Shown here one piece after another: positions 40,803 to 53,500 of a stretch of 64,000 bases of DNA. The stretch comes from an uncultured bacterium (GTDB lineage Bacteria; Acidobacteriota; Thermoanaerobaculia; Multivoradales; JAHZIX01): NCBI GenBank assembly GCA_965368975.1, contig CBDUPA010000001.1, positions 1-64,000 on the forward strand. Reading direction: 5' to 3'. The notes beneath the pieces are model-generated. The model ran no database searches and had not been told where the DNA came from. It worked only from the letters and a program-made list of their open reading frames with translations. The position numbers and the translations under genes were made by a program. The number at the start of each line of letters is the position of its first letter. Position 1 is the stretch's first letter.

Positions 40803-41855
40803 ATGAGGACAAGCCCGCTGCAGTGTCGAGCGAACTGCCGGCCGTGCTCAGCACGCGCCGGTGTTTCCAATGTACTGGCCAGCTTTCTGGAGCTTCGAGT
40901 CTACGGGTTCACTGCTTGCCTGCTGGTCGCCAGCGCGCTCACGTGGCCCTTGGCGTCGTCGGCGCAGGAGGAATCTTCGTCGACGCAGCAGGCGGAGGGA
41001 CGGCCAGCTTTGGTCCTTGCGCCCGGTGCCGTGGCGCGCGAGCAGATGGTCGCCCTGGGCCGCGACCTCATCGTGCGTGGCGAGGCGCAGAGCGACATCG
41101 CCGCGCTCAACGGCGATATCGACGTTTCGGGCGTCGTGCGCGGTGATGTCGTCGTGCTCGGTGGCGACGTGCGCCTGGCACCCACCGCCCGTGTCGACGG
41201 GCAGGTGTTTGTGCTCGGCGGTGTCGTCGAGGCCGGCGCCGGGGCGCAGATCGGCGGCAAGTCGGTGGCCTATCCGAGCATTTCGCACGCCTGGGTGACG
41301 TTGCTGGAGGCACCTTCGCTGGGTCTGGAGCCGATGTCGCCGCTGGTGCTGGCGACCAAGCTCGCGTTGCTGACCGCCTGGGTGGCACTCATGCTGGGCT
41401 GCTTCGCGGCTGCCGGACGGCAAGTGCTGAGTACCTCGATCGGCGTCCAGCGCGAACCGTTCCGCAACTTCTACATCGGCCTGGTCGGCGTCTTGACCTT
41501 CGTGCTCACCGGCATCTTCCTGAGCAGCTTCGCTGGCGCCCTGGTGGCCCTGCCAATGTTGGTCCTGGTGGTGCTGTGGTTGCTGCTGCTCAAGCTGTGG
41601 GGCATGGTGGCGGTCTTCCACGCGCTCGGCGACTGGTGCGGCCACCACGTGCTGCGCCGCCGGCTGCGCCCGCTCGAGGCCTCGACGCTTGGCCTGCTGC
41701 TGCTCGGTGCGTGCAAGTTCATCCCGGAAGTCGGCACCTGGATCTGGACCGTCGCGGCGTTGATCGGCATCGGCGCGACCTTGAGCACCAAGTTCGGCCG
41801 CCGCGAACCCTGGTTCGACCTCGACGTGTTGGAACGGCCCGCTGTGGTAGGGTAA
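40803..41855 (+). CDS. Membrane protein with bactofilin-like beta-helix repeats (start uncertain)
   Basis: GDIDVSGVVRGDVVVLGGDVRL..ARVDGQVFVLGG repeats followed by several TM helices. Confidence 0.7.
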   Translation: MRTSPLQCRANCRPCSARAGVSNVLASFLELRVYGFTACLLVASALTWPLASSAQEESSSTQQAEGRPALVLAPGAVAREQMVALGRDLIVRGEAQSDIAALNGDIDVSGVVRGDVVVLGGDVRLAPTARVDGQVFVLGGVVEAGAGAQIGGKSVAYPSISHAWVTLLEAPSLGLEPMSPLVLATKLALLTAWVALMLGCFAAAGRQVLSTSIGVQREPFRNFYIGLVGVLTFVLTGIFLSSFAGALVALPMLVLVVLWLLLLKLWGMVAVFHALGDWCGHHVLRRRLRPLEASTLGLLLLGACKFIPEVGTWIWTVAALIGIGATLSTKFGRREPWFDLDVLERPAVVG

Positions 41856-41904
41856 CGAACCATCGCGTTGTGGAACGCGCCTCCCCACCGCAGAGATCGC
41901 ACCT

Positions 41905-43890
41905 ATGCTCGCCAACACACCGGGATCCATTTTCTGCCAGGTTTGCGGAGCAGCCAATCCGGACGACGCGGAGTACTGCCTGCAATGCCAGCATCGCTTG
42001 CTGGTGCTTTCCGGTGCCGAAGAAGTGGACTTCGAGCCGGATGTCGCGGCGAGTGAAGAGACCAGTTTCGAAGAGCACCTGCTGGAGCGCATCTCCGTGC
42101 TCGAAGAGGTTGTCCGGCGCTCTGGCGAGACTCTACGCCAGTTGCTCGGTGCGCTGCGCAAGCAGGAACAGAACACGCTGGTGACCCAGACCGGGCTCAG
42201 CAGCCTGCTCGAACTGCTCGACCAGAAGGGCTTGGTGGCGCAGGAGAGTTGGAGCGAGCTGTGGGAAGCGCGCATGGACCAGCAGCTGCTGGCGCTCGAG
42301 CGACGCGACCGTTTCCTGGCCATCCGCGAGCGGGCAGCTGCGCTCTACCACGGTGGCCGTCGGCGCGAGTTCCAGCAACTGCTGTCTGAAGCCGAGATGG
42401 CCTTCTTCGCTCTCGACACCGACGCCGGTGTGCGGGCCCTCGAAGCCGCCTTCGAACTCGATCGCAACAACGACCCGCTGGCCTACTTCCTGGGTGAGGC
42501 AGCGTTCAATGACGGCGATGCTGAGCGTGCCCTGGCCTTCTTCCATCAGCTGCTGCAGGTGCGGCCCGACCACTACGAGGGTCTGGTCTACTGCGGTGTC
42601 ATCGAGTACGAGCGCGGTGCCCTCGAAGTCGCTGAGCAGTTGTTGCAGCGTGCGGTCGAACTCTACCCGCATTCCTTCCTGCCGCACTTCAGTCTCGGTG
42701 CCGTCTACGCTGGCTGCGGCAGGCTCACCGAGGCGGTCGATTGCCTGGAGCGGGCCATCCAACTCGACGCGGTGCCGCAGGCCTTCTATCTGCTCGGCAA
42801 CTGCTGCTATGAACTGGGCCGTCTGGGTGCCGCGATCCGGCACTTGCAGAAAGCGGTGCAACTCGATCCCGCGTTCGCGCAGGCCTACTACCTGTTGACG
42901 CTGGCCTACCTCGACCGTCGCTGGCACCGCAAAGCCATGGACGCGCTGCGCCGAGCGCAGGAGCTGTCGCCGAAGACCATCGGCGTGCGCTACCTGGATG
43001 GTGCCGAGGGCGGGCCGCTGCCACCGGTCGAAGGTGCCGCCAGTGCCTGGTACGACCAGGCTGAGAAGCTGGTGCGCCACGACAACCCGCGCGCCGCTTT
43101 CCAGTGCTACCGGGAAGCCCTGCTCCTGGAGCCCGACAACGCCACGTTGCTGTTGTCGTACGCGCGCTTGTGTCTGCGCCTCAACCGCAGCCGCGAGATC
43201 GAAGCCGTGGCTCGCCGTGTGCTCGACCTCGATCCAGACGACACGCTGCGCGCCACCGCCTGCGCCACCTTGATCGAAGCCTTGCGCTCCCAGGGGCGCT
43301 ACCGCGAGGGAAACCGCATCGGCCTGCGCCTGCTGAGCGAGGACAAACGCGAAGCCACATCCGCGAGCGCGGGATCGCCCCAAGAGACGGCACCCCAAGA
43401 GACGCCACCCCAAGAGACGTCGACCCAGCAGGAGTCGCCCCAGGATAGGCCGCCGCGAGACGTGCCCGGCCCGGATGCCGCCGACCTCTCGAGCGAGTCC
43501 GAACTCACCCGCACGGTCGCCTATTCCGAAGTCGCCTACAACCTGGCTGAGATGGAAGAAGACTTGGATCAGGCTCTCGACTTTGCCCGCCGCTCGGTCG
43601 AGCTATCGCCCGAAGCGCTCAAGGGCTTCCCGCTGGCTGCGCTCGGCTGGGTGCACTACAAGCGCAAGGAGTTCGACCAAGCCATCGACTGCCTGGCGCA
43701 GTCGACCGAACTCTCTCCGTCGCCGGCTGCCCTGACACACCTGGGCATGGCGCTACTGGCATCCGGTCAGCGAGAGCAAGCGCGCTCCGTGCTGGCGCGC
43801 GCGCGTTCCCTCGAAGAGCCTGAGACCCTGGAAGCGAGCGGCACGGAATCCGGTGTCGCCAGCCGCGTTCAGGATCTGCTGTCGCGCTGA
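41905..43890 (+). CDS. TPR protein with N-terminal zinc ribbon
   Basis: CQVCGAAN..DAEYCLQC, a coiled-coil segment and many TPR units. Confidence 0.85.
   Translation: MLANTPGSIFCQVCGAANPDDAEYCLQCQHRLLVLSGAEEVDFEPDVAASEETSFEEHLLERISVLEEVVRRSGETLRQLLGALRKQEQNTLVTQTGLSSLLELLDQKGLVAQESWSELWEARMDQQLLALERRDRFLAIRERAAALYHGGRRREFQQLLSEAEMAFFALDTDAGVRALEAAFELDRNNDPLAYFLGEAAFNDGDAERALAFFHQLLQVRPDHYEGLVYCGVIEYERGALEVAEQLLQRAVELYPHSFLPHFSLGAVYAGCGRLTEAVDCLERAIQLDAVPQAFYLLGNCCYELGRLGAAIRHLQKAVQLDPAFAQAYYLLTLAYLDRRWHRKAMDALRRAQELSPKTIGVRYLDGAEGGPLPPVEGAASAWYDQAEKLVRHDNPRAAFQCYREALLLEPDNATLLLSYARLCLRLNRSREIEAVARRVLDLDPDDTLRATACATLIEALRSQGRYREGNRIGLRLLSEDKREATSASAGSPQETAPQETPPQETSTQQESPQDRPPRDVPGPDAADLSSESELTRTVAYSEVAYNLAEMEEDLDQALDFARRSVELSPEALKGFPLAALGWVHYKRKEFDQAIDCLAQSTELSPSPAALTHLGMALLASGQREQARSVLARARSLEEPETLEASGTESGVASRVQDLLSR
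43378..43446 (+). repeat. In-frame 15-bp tandem repeat (PQETA PQETP PQETS TQQES PQD)
   Basis: Core CCCCAAGAGACG three times plus degenerate copies. Confidence 0.8.
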
Positions 43891-43894
43891 CCAG

Positions 43895-43933
43895 CTCTTC
43901 ACTGCAATTCTTCACTGCAACTCTTCACTGCGA
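43895..43933. repeat. Three tandem 13-bp units YTCTTCACTGCRA spanning the bioY stop
   Basis: CTCTTCACTGCAA TTCTTCACTGCAA CTCTTCACTGCGA. Confidence 0.85.
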
Positions 43934-44487
43934 CGGGCCGCCCACCAGAGCAGTGCCGCCACGGCCAGGCTCTTGAGCGCCGCTCCCGGCAGGAACGGCA
44001 GCAGGCCGCCGTCGATCGCCCGCTGCCAGCCGGCGCTCTGCGCCAGCCACGGCAAGCCGGCAAGGAAGATGAACGCGTGGCAGATCAGCATCGCCGCCAG
44101 TGACATCCCGAAGCGTCGATTCCAGCCACGCTCGACCATCCGTCCAGCCAGCCAGGCGGCACCCAGGAAGCCGAGCAGGAAGCCGCCGGTCGGTCCCAGC
44201 AGGTGCTGCATGCCGGCACTGCCGTTGGCGAACACCGGCATACCGAAGGCCCCGGCCAGTAGGTAGATCACCACGCCCAGCGTGCCCCACACGGGGCCGA
44301 GGATGGCGCCGAAGAGCAGGACGAAGAACGTCTGTAGCGTCAACGGTACCGTCGTTCCGGGCAGCGGTAGCGCGAGCTGGGCTCCGATGGCGATGAACAA
44401 GGCGGCGCCGATGCTGAGGGCCAGCTTGCGGATGGGGTCGGCGGGCTCGGGTTCTCGGTAGGTGCTGTCCGGGGCGAGGTCGTTCAT
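43912..44487 (-). CDS. bioY: Biotin transporter S component BioY
   Basis: VPLTLQT, YLLAGAFGMPVFA.G, GPTGGFLLGF, PFLPG..LK. Confidence 0.93.
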   Translation of the reverse strand: MNDLAPDSTYREPEPADPIRKLALSIGAALFIAIGAQLALPLPGTTVPLTLQTFFVLLFGAILGPVWGTLGVVIYLLAGAFGMPVFANGSAGMQHLLGPTGGFLLGFLGAAWLAGRMVERGWNRRFGMSLAAMLICHAFIFLAGLPWLAQSAGWQRAIDGGLLPFLPGAALKSLAVAALLWWAARRSEELQ

Positions 44488-44559
44488 GGGGCAGAGTCTA
44501 GCGCAGGTGGTCGAGGGCGGCTTTGCGCTACACTCAGGCTCCTCTCGAGGACTTCCGGA

Positions 44560-47500
44560 TTGACCGCCGTCACACCCATGAGCCGAAGCCAGAAACCCGC
44601 GTTTTATCCGCTGTCGCCGCTGCAGCAGGGCATGTTGTTCCATGCCCTGGAAGCACCGGCCAGCGACGCCTATTTCGAGCAGAGTCCACTGTGGCTGGAC
44701 GGTGAGCTGGATCTGCGCGCGCTGCACCGAGCGTGGCAGGTGGTGGTGGACCGGCACGAGGTGCTACGCACGTCGTTTGTCTGGGGCAAGGTGCGCGAGC
44801 CGGTGCAGGTGGTGCAGCCGCGGCTGCGCTTGCCGATGGCGGTGATGGATCTGAGCGGTGTCGCGAACGTGGAGCCGGAAGTGCGCGGCGACGGTCCGGT
44901 GGCGGAGTTGCTACGCCAGGATCGGCTGCATCCGTTCGACCTGGGGCGCGCGCCGCTCTTGCGCCTGACAGTGCTGCGTCTGCACGCGCACAGCTGGGTC
45001 ATGGTCTGGTCGTGTCACCACATCCTGCTCGACGGCTGGTCACAGGCTTTGATCACGGCGGATCTCTTCCGCGCCTACACGATTCTGCAAGGTGCGAGGG
45101 ATGCTTCCGCGGCGGCGGCAGGTCAGCAGGTGGAGTCGGTACTCGGTCCTGCACCGCCGCCGTTTCGCGGCTACATAGCCTGGCTGCGCAAGCGGCCCAG
45201 GGAAGAGACCGAGGCCTATTGGCGTCAGCGCCTGGCCGGCTATGACGAGTCGGTCGCCTTGGCCTCGCTACTGCCCAAGAGCCCTCTACCCAAGAGTCCA
45301 CAGCCCAAGATCCCACCGACGACCGACGAGGACGTGGTGGGTGGCACTACAGTGCGTTTGCAGACGGCGCTATCGGCAGAGCTGGTCGCACGCCTGCAAG
45401 GCTACGTGCGCAGCCATGGCCTGACGCTCAACACCTTGTTTCAGGGGGCGCTGGCGCTGCTGCTGGCTCGGTATTCGGCACGGTCGGACGTCGCCTTCGG
45501 CATCGTGGTTGCCGGTCGACCGCCGCAGTTGCCGGGAGCCGAGCGCATGGTCGGTTTGTTCATCAACACGGTACCGCTGCGGGTCAGCACTGCCGGGGTG
45601 GCGCCTGGAGACGGAGGGCAGCCCAGCACCGCGGCGCTCGACTGGCTGCGCGAGCTGCACACCGAGGCGGGACGCCAGCGCGCCTTCGAGCACGCACCTC
45701 TGCTCGACGTGCAGCGCTGGAGCGATGTCCCTCCCGGCGGTCAGCTCTTCGACACCTTGCTGGCGTTCGAGAATTATCCGGTCGAGCAGCCGACGGGCAG
45801 TGAGGCGCTGCGCTTGCGCTGGCTGCCGTCGCCGAGTGGCACCAACTTTCCGCTGTCGCTGGTGGTGGTGCCGGGGGAGCAGATGTGGCTCAACGCCCAC
45901 TACGCCGGCGCCAGCCTCGATGCCACCGCCGTGCACCGGCTGGTGCGCCACCTGCGGACGCTGGTCGACGGGCTCGGCCGGGACGGTGCGCGCCTCGAGG
46001 CTCTGCCTCTGCTGAGCACGGCCGAACGGCACCAGCTGTGCGTCGAATGGACCGATGCGGCCAGTCCCTTTGCCGCCGCCGCGTCGCTGGCCGAACTGGC
46101 TGCCTTGCGTGTGCGCGCGCGGCCGGAGTCGGTGGCGGTGGTCTATGGTCGCCGGCACCTGAGCTACCGCGAGCTGGCGCGCCGCTCCGGGACCGTGGCG
46201 GCGCAGCTACAGCTGCACGGGATCCGTCGCGGCGACATCGTTGGGCTCTACTTGGAGCGCTCGCCGGAGTTGATCGTCGCGCTGTTGGCGATCCTGCGTG
46301 CCGGTGGCGCCTACCTGCCGCTCGACCTGGCCTATCCGGACGAGCGCGTCGCCTTCCTGCTCGCCGACGCCGGGGCGACTTCGGTGGTGACCGACGGTGC
46401 CCACGCCGAGAAGCTGCCTGCGCCCTGGGGCGGGCAACGTCTGTGCCTCGAAAACCTGCTGGCACCGGTAGCCCTGCCGGCTGCCCAGCGAGTGACGGAA
46501 GACGAGTTGCACGGTGACGACCTGGCGTACGTCATCTACACCTCCGGTTCGAGCGGCCGGCCGAAGGGGACCGCGGTACCGCAGCGAGCGGTGGTGCGAC
46601 TGATCCTGGGGCAACACCGGCCGAGCCAGGCCTACGGTCAGCTCGGGCCAGAGACGCGTTTCGGGCAGGTTGCCAACACCTCTTTCGACGCTGCCACCTA
46701 CGAGATCTGGGGCGCTCTGCTCAGCGGCGGCTGTCTGGTCGGTGTACCGCGTCGGGTCAGCCTGCAGCCGCGGCACCTGGGCCGCTTCCTGCGCCGCCGG
46801 CGCATCGACACGACTTTCATTACTGCTGCGCTCTTCGCCCAGACGGTGCAGGTCGATCCCTACGCGTTCAGCGGCATGCGTGACTTGCTGGTTGGCGGTG
46901 AGGCGGTCGATCCGGACGCCGCTCGACGTCTGCTCACCGGACCCGCGCCACCGCGCCGCCTGCTCAATGGCTACGGCCCGACCGAATGCACCACCTTCGC
47001 CGTCGTAGGGCAGATCGAGCCGCCGCCGGTGGGGGCCAAGTCGGTACCGCTGGGGCGCCCGATCGGCAATACCGATGTGCGGGTGCTGGACCGCGCTGGC
47101 GAGCCGGTGCCGGTTGGCGTCGCGGGGGAGCTGCGCCTCGGGGGGGCCGGTCTGGCCTGGGGCTACCTGGGACGCGCGGCGCTGACGGCCGAACGCTTTG
47201 TGCCCGCTGGTGAATGGCTCGCCGGAGGGTTGGTGGGACGAGGCCGACGCCTCTATCGCACGGGCGACTTGGTGCGCTGGTTGGGCGATGGTCGCCTCGA
47301 CTTTCTCGGCCGGCTCGACGATCAGGTCAAGCTGCGTGGCTACCGTATCGAGCCGGGGGAGATCGCGGCGCGGCTGCGCGAGCACGAGTCGGTGCGCGAC
47401 GCCGTTGTACGCCTGCTCCCTTCGGGCGAGGGCGAACGGCGGCTCGTGGCGTGGGTGATCCCGGCTCCTGGCGCCCACGGCGGTGTGCCCCCCCATCCAG

Positions 47501-50500
47501 CTTGGCGTGCCTATCTGGCCCAGCGGTTGCCCGACTACATGGTGCCGTCACTCTTCGTGCCTGTCGAGGCGATTCCGCTGACCGCTCACGGCAAGGCGGA
47601 CCACCGGGCGCTGGCGACTCTGGCGGAAACGTCGGCGATCGGTCCGTTGGACGCCTACGTGCCGCCGCGCACGGCGACCGAAGAGCTGCTGGCGGGTCTC
47701 TACGCGCAGGTGCTGGAGGCACCCGAAGGGACGCGGGTCGGTGCCGAGGGCCATTTCTTCGACCTCGGCGGTCACTCGCTGCTGGCCATGCGCCTGGTGG
47801 CGCGCATCGCCGAGGTGCTGGAGGTCGAGCTGCCATTGGGCGAGCTGTTCGAGCATCCGCGCGTCTCCGAGCTGGCCGGGCGTCTCGACCAGCTGGCCTT
47901 TGGTGCCGCCGACTGGCGTTCGACGCCGATCGAACTGCTGGAACGTGCGGCCGGGGCGGAGATGTTGCTCGAGGCGCCCCTGTCTTTCGCCCAGCAACGC
48001 CTGTGGTTCCTCGACCGCCTGGAGCCGGGCAACGCCTTCTACAACATCGCCACCGCCCTGGAGTTGCGACCCACCGCGGAGACGGGGGGAACTCTCTCCC
48101 TGCGAGCCTTCGTTGCCGCCGTCGACGAGCTGGCGCACCGGCACGAGATCCTGCGTACCACCTACACAACCGTGAGCGGACAGCCGCGGCAGCGCGTGCA
48201 CGCCTGGGAGTCCCGTCCTCGCAGGTGCTCGAGCAGGTCTGTCGACCTGAGCAAGCTTATCGACTTGCGTGCACTGGATTGCGCGACGGCTGAAGAGCAG
48301 CAGCAGCGGCTGTTGCAGCGCGAGAGCCGGCGTCCGTTCGACCTCGCCCACGGTCCGGTGGTCCGCGCGCTCTTGCTGTGTCGAGACGACCGTCACACCT
48401 TGCTCTTGACGCTGCATCACATCGCCGGCGATGGCTGGTCGATGGGCGTCCTGGTGCGCGATTTCTCGGCTTGCTATCGGGCCCTCCTCGAACAGAATGG
48501 CACGCAAGATCGTGAGCAGGACTCCGAGTCCCTTGCCGGGCAGAAGGACGGTCCGCGGCCTCTGCCGTTGCAGCCTCTGCCATTGCAATATGCCGACTAC
48601 GCCCACTGGCAACGCCAGCGTCTCGACACCGAGCAGCTGACCGCCGGTGTCGACTGGTGGCGACAGCAGCTCGAGGGTCTGCCGTCGCATCTCGACCTGC
48701 CGACCGACCGTCCACGGCCGGCGGTGCAGAGCTACCGTGGCGCGGCGCTGCCGTTGCGCCTGGACGACCTGTCGGAGCCGCTCCACGAACTGGCCCGGCA
48801 GCAGGGTGTGACCCTCTTCATGGTCCTGCTCGCCGCCTACCAGCTGCTGCTCGGCAAACTGGCAGCGAGTCGGGATCTGGCTGTCGGTACGCCGGTGGCG
48901 GGTCGGGATCGGTCCGAGTTCGAGCGGCTGGTCGGCTGCTTCGTCAACACCGTCGTGCTGCGCGCACGCCTGGCCGGCGAGGGCGCCGCGCCGCCCGCGA
49001 ACGTCGCCCAGCTGTTACGGAATACGCGCCAGACGTGCTTGGACGCTTTCGCGCACCAGGAGGTGCCGTTCGAGAAACTGGTCGAGACCCTGGCTCCGGA
49101 GCGCGACCTGGCGCGGGCGGCCTTGTTTCAGGCCATGTTCGTGCTCAACAGCACACCCCGACCGCGGCTGCGGCTGCCGGGCCTCGAGGCTTCGGCCTTG
49201 TCTGTTGGCACGGATAGCTCGAAGTTCGACCTGACGCTCACCCTGGCCGCCGCGGAGACCAGCACGGACGCCGCGCCCGCCGAGAGTCCGCGTCGAGAGG
49301 GGCAGCTGGGGGGCCAGCTGGCCTACAGCCGCGACCTCTTCGACGCCACCACCATCGAGCACCTGGGCCGGCGTCTACGCGCACTGCTCGGCGCCTGGGT
49401 CGAAGATCCCGAGTGCGAGCTCGACGCCTTGCCCTGGATGGCCCCGGTCGAGATCCACCAGCTGCGCCACGAGTGGGGCGGTGCTGGCCTGCCGGCTCTA
49501 CGCGGTGCGGTGCCCTCCGTCGTCGAGCGCTTGCGCCAGCAGGCGCAGCGGGCTCCGCTGGCCGCGGCCTTGGAGCAGGACGGCGTGGTGCTGACCTACG
49601 GCGAGCTGCAGCAGCGCGCCGAGCGCCTGGCGGGTCATCTCGCGCACGCGCTGCGCACCACTGCCGTCGACGCGCGTTTCGATGCCACGGAATCGGTCGT
49701 GGCGCTGGCGCTGGAGCGCACGCCGGCCTACGTCGTGGCGGCCTACGCGGCCCTGCTCGCTGGCGCCGCCTACCTGCCGCTGGATACGGCTCAGCCTGCC
49801 GTCCGGCTGCGACGCTTGCTCGCCGACGTGGCGCGGTCGGCGCCCGGCGCGGAGCGTCCGCTGGTGCTGGTGACCTCGGCTGACGGCGAGCGCAACACGA
49901 GCGATCCCTTTACCGTCGTCGCCGTGGATGCTCAGGGCGAGCCGGTCGCGGCAGACGACGAGTCCGCGACGACCAGCCCGCCACCGGTCTGGGCCACGGA
50001 GCCGGACGCCCAGCGTCTGGCCTACCTGATCACGACCTCCGGCTCCACCGGAAAGCCGAAGCCGGTCGCCGTGCCACACGCGGCGCTGCGCAAGCTGCTG
50101 GTCTGGGCACCGGAGGCCTACGAGGTGCGAGCCGGTGATCGCTCGGCGCTGTTCGGAGGTCTCGGCTTTGACGCCACGGTGCTCGACCTCTGGTTGCCGC
50201 TGGTCAGCGGCGCCTGTCTGTGCCTGCCACCAGCGGGCGACCGAGGCCGTGAACTGTTCGCCGCTCCCACGGTGCTGCGCACCTGGATCGCCGAGGCACG
50301 GCTGACGCACGCCAAGCTGCCCACACCGCTGCTCGAGCGCCTGCTCGAACTACCGCCACCGGCTGCAGCGTCAGACACCGAGGGCTCGGCTCTGCGCGTC
50401 CTGATTACCGGTGGTGACCGGCTGCACGTTGGCCTACCGGTTGCTTGGGCCGACTTGGGGATTCGGCTCTACAACCAGTACGGGCCGAGCGAGACTACGG

Positions 50501-53500
50501 TGTTGGTCAGCCGGGCGCGGGTGCTCAGCGACGCTGGTCGCGGCTCGAGCGGCTTGCCCAGTCTGGGCCGTCCGGCCGCTGGGGCCTGCCTATCCGTAGT
50601 TGATGCGCAGTTCGACTTGGTGCCGAGCGGCTGTGCCGGGGAGCTGCTGATCTGCGGTCCCGGGCTAGCTCGCGGGTACCTTGATCGTCCCGCGCGGACG
50701 GCCGTCTCGTTCGTTCCCGACCTGTGGGGCCGCGGCGCGCGCGCTTACCGCTCCGGCGACCTGGTGCGCTGGCTGGCCGACGGGGAGCTGGAGTTCCTCG
50801 GCCGCCTGGACCGCCAAGTCAAGCTGCGCGGCTTCCGCATCGAACCGGGGGAGATCGAAGCCGCGCTGCTGGCGCGCGACGAGGTCGCGCACGTGGCGGT
50901 CGTGTTGCGCGGGGAGGGGAGGGAAGCGCGGTTGGTGGCGTTCGTGGTGGTGGGGGAGAAGATGTCTGGGCATCCGGATCCATCGCTGCCTACCGCGTTG
51001 CAGGCGTACCTCCGCCACGAGTTGCCGCCCTACATGGTCCCGGCCTCGATCGTCGTCCTCGATGTCCTGCCGACCACCGAGCGCGGCAAGCTCGACCGCA
51101 GAGCGCTGGCCACCTGGTCCTTGGACGTTCCGGCATCGCCACCGGAAGCTCCGAGCGATATCTCCGCGCCGGGAGACACCGCTGCCCCGCGAGAGGCTAC
51201 CGGCCTGCGCCGTACCATTGCCGACATCTGGCGGCGCGTGCTCGACGTCGAGCAGGTGGCGGCGGGCGACAACTTCTTCGATCTCGGTGGTCACTCGCTG
51301 CTGCTGGTCGAGGTGCAGGAAGCGCTGCAATTGGAACTCGACCGCGAGGTGCGGGTACTCGACCTCTTCCGCTACCCGACCGTCGAGGCCTTGGCCGGCT
51401 ACCTGGGCGAGGGGCAGCGCGAACAGCTGCTGCCGGCGGTGACGCCGCGTGCGCGGGACAGCCGGGCGCCGGACGTTCCCACGGGCGCGGTGGCGGTGAT
51501 CGGCATGGCCGGGCGTTTTCCGGGGGCGCCGGACCTCGATGCCTTCTGGCACAACTTGCAGGGCGGCGTCGAGGGCATCACCTTCTTCGACCGCGACGAG
51601 TTGCTGGCAGCCGGGGTGCCACCCGCTCAGGCCGACGATCCCAACTACGTGCCGGCCATGGGCGTGCTGGAGGATGCCGACCAGTTCGACGCCCGCTTCT
51701 TCGGCTATGCGCCGCGTGACGCGCAGCTGCTCGATCCGCAGATCCGTGTCTGCCTGGAGCTGGCCTGGCACGCCATGGAGGACGCCGGCTACGATCCACG
51801 CCGCTACCCGGGCCGCGTTGGTGTCTACGCTGGGGCCAGTCAGAGCGGCTACCAGCTGAATGTCTACTCGCAGCCCGAGCTGCTGGCGCGTCTGGGTGGC
51901 TTGCAGGTCGAGCCGACCAACGTCCAGCGCCTGCCGCTGGTGGTGTCGTACCAGCTGGACCTCAAGGGACCGAGTTTCTATCTCTATACCGCCTGTTCGA
52001 CCTCGCTGCTCGCCGTCCACCTGGCCCGCCAGGCCTTGCTCGACGGCGACTGCGACATGGCGCTGGCCGGTGGCGTGGCGATCGACGCGGTGCCGCGTGG
52101 CTATCGCTTCGAGCCGGGTGGCATCCTGTCGTCCGACGGGCATACACGCTCGTTCAGCGACCAGGCGAGCGGTGCCGTCAAGGGCAATGGTGCCGGCCTG
52201 GTGGTGCTCAAGCGGCTGGACCGCGCCCTCGCTGACGGTGATCGCATCCAGGCAGTGATCCGCGGCACCGCGGTCAACAACGACGGTGCCTCCAAGGTCG
52301 GCTTCACTGCTCCGAGCGTTGCCGGGGAAGCGTCGGCGGTGCGGGACGCCTTGGCCGCCGCGGGCGTGCCGGCGTCGTCCGTGCAACTGATCGAGGCGCA
52401 CGGCAGCGCCACGCCGCTGGGGGATCCGATCGAGGTCGAGGCGCTGCAGCTGGCTTTCCAGGCGGACGGGGCTGAGGCTGAGACGCCCGTCGCGATCGGT
52501 TCAGTGAAGAGCAACATCGGCCACCTCGACACCGCCGCCGGCGTCGCTGGTCTGCTCAAGGCGATCCTGGCCCTGCGCCACCAGCAGCAGCCGCCGTCGA
52601 TCGGCTGCCAGCGGCCCAATCCGGCCATCGACTTCGGCGCTGGTCCCTTCTTCGTCAATACCGAGCTGCGTCCCTGGCCCGTACCCGAGACAGCTGCCGG
52701 CCCCGCGCCGCGCCGTGCTGGCGTCAGTTCCTTTGGCATCGGTGGCACCAACGTGCACGTGGTGGTGGAGGAAGCCCCGCCACTGGCCGCGCGCGACGCC
52801 AGTCCGCCTTGGCACCTGTGGCTGCTGTCCGCCAAGACGGAAGCGGCCGTGGCCGCGCGCTGCCAGGATCTCGCCAATTTCTTGCCGCACTGCCAGCCGG
52901 CACCCGATCCCGCCGATGTCGCCTTCACCCTACACGCCGGTCGCGGCGTCTTTGCCCATCGTCGAGCCCTGGTCGTCCGCGACCTGGCCGATGCTGTCGA
53001 AGTCTTGCAGGGCGCCACCGAGGGGAGCCCTCAGGCCGCCCGCCTGCTGCTGGGCCAGGTCGACGAGCGGGCCGAAGCCGCCGCCCGCGAGCCGGTTTTC
53101 CTGCTCGGCGGCCTCGGTGACCAGTACCCGGGCATGGCGCGCGGTCTCTACCAGCACGAGCCAGTGTTCCGGCGCGAACTGGAGCGCTGTGCCGCCGTGC
53201 TCGACCGCGTGCTCGACGTGCCCTTGACCGAGCTGCTATTCCCGGAGGCCTTCGGAGGAGTCGAGGCTGGAGAGGGCGAGGCGGCCAGCGCCGGACCCGA
53301 TCTGCGCGCACTCCTCGGTCGTGGCAAGGATCGTGGACACGACGGCGAGAGCGAGGCCCAGCGGGCGGCTCGACGGGTAGCTCGACTGCGCCTGGACCGC
53401 ACACGGTACCTGCAGCCGGCGCTTTTTGCCGTCGACTACGCGCTGGCCCGACTGCTCGAAGCGCGCGGTGTGCAGCCGGCGGCGTTGCTCGGGTACAGCT

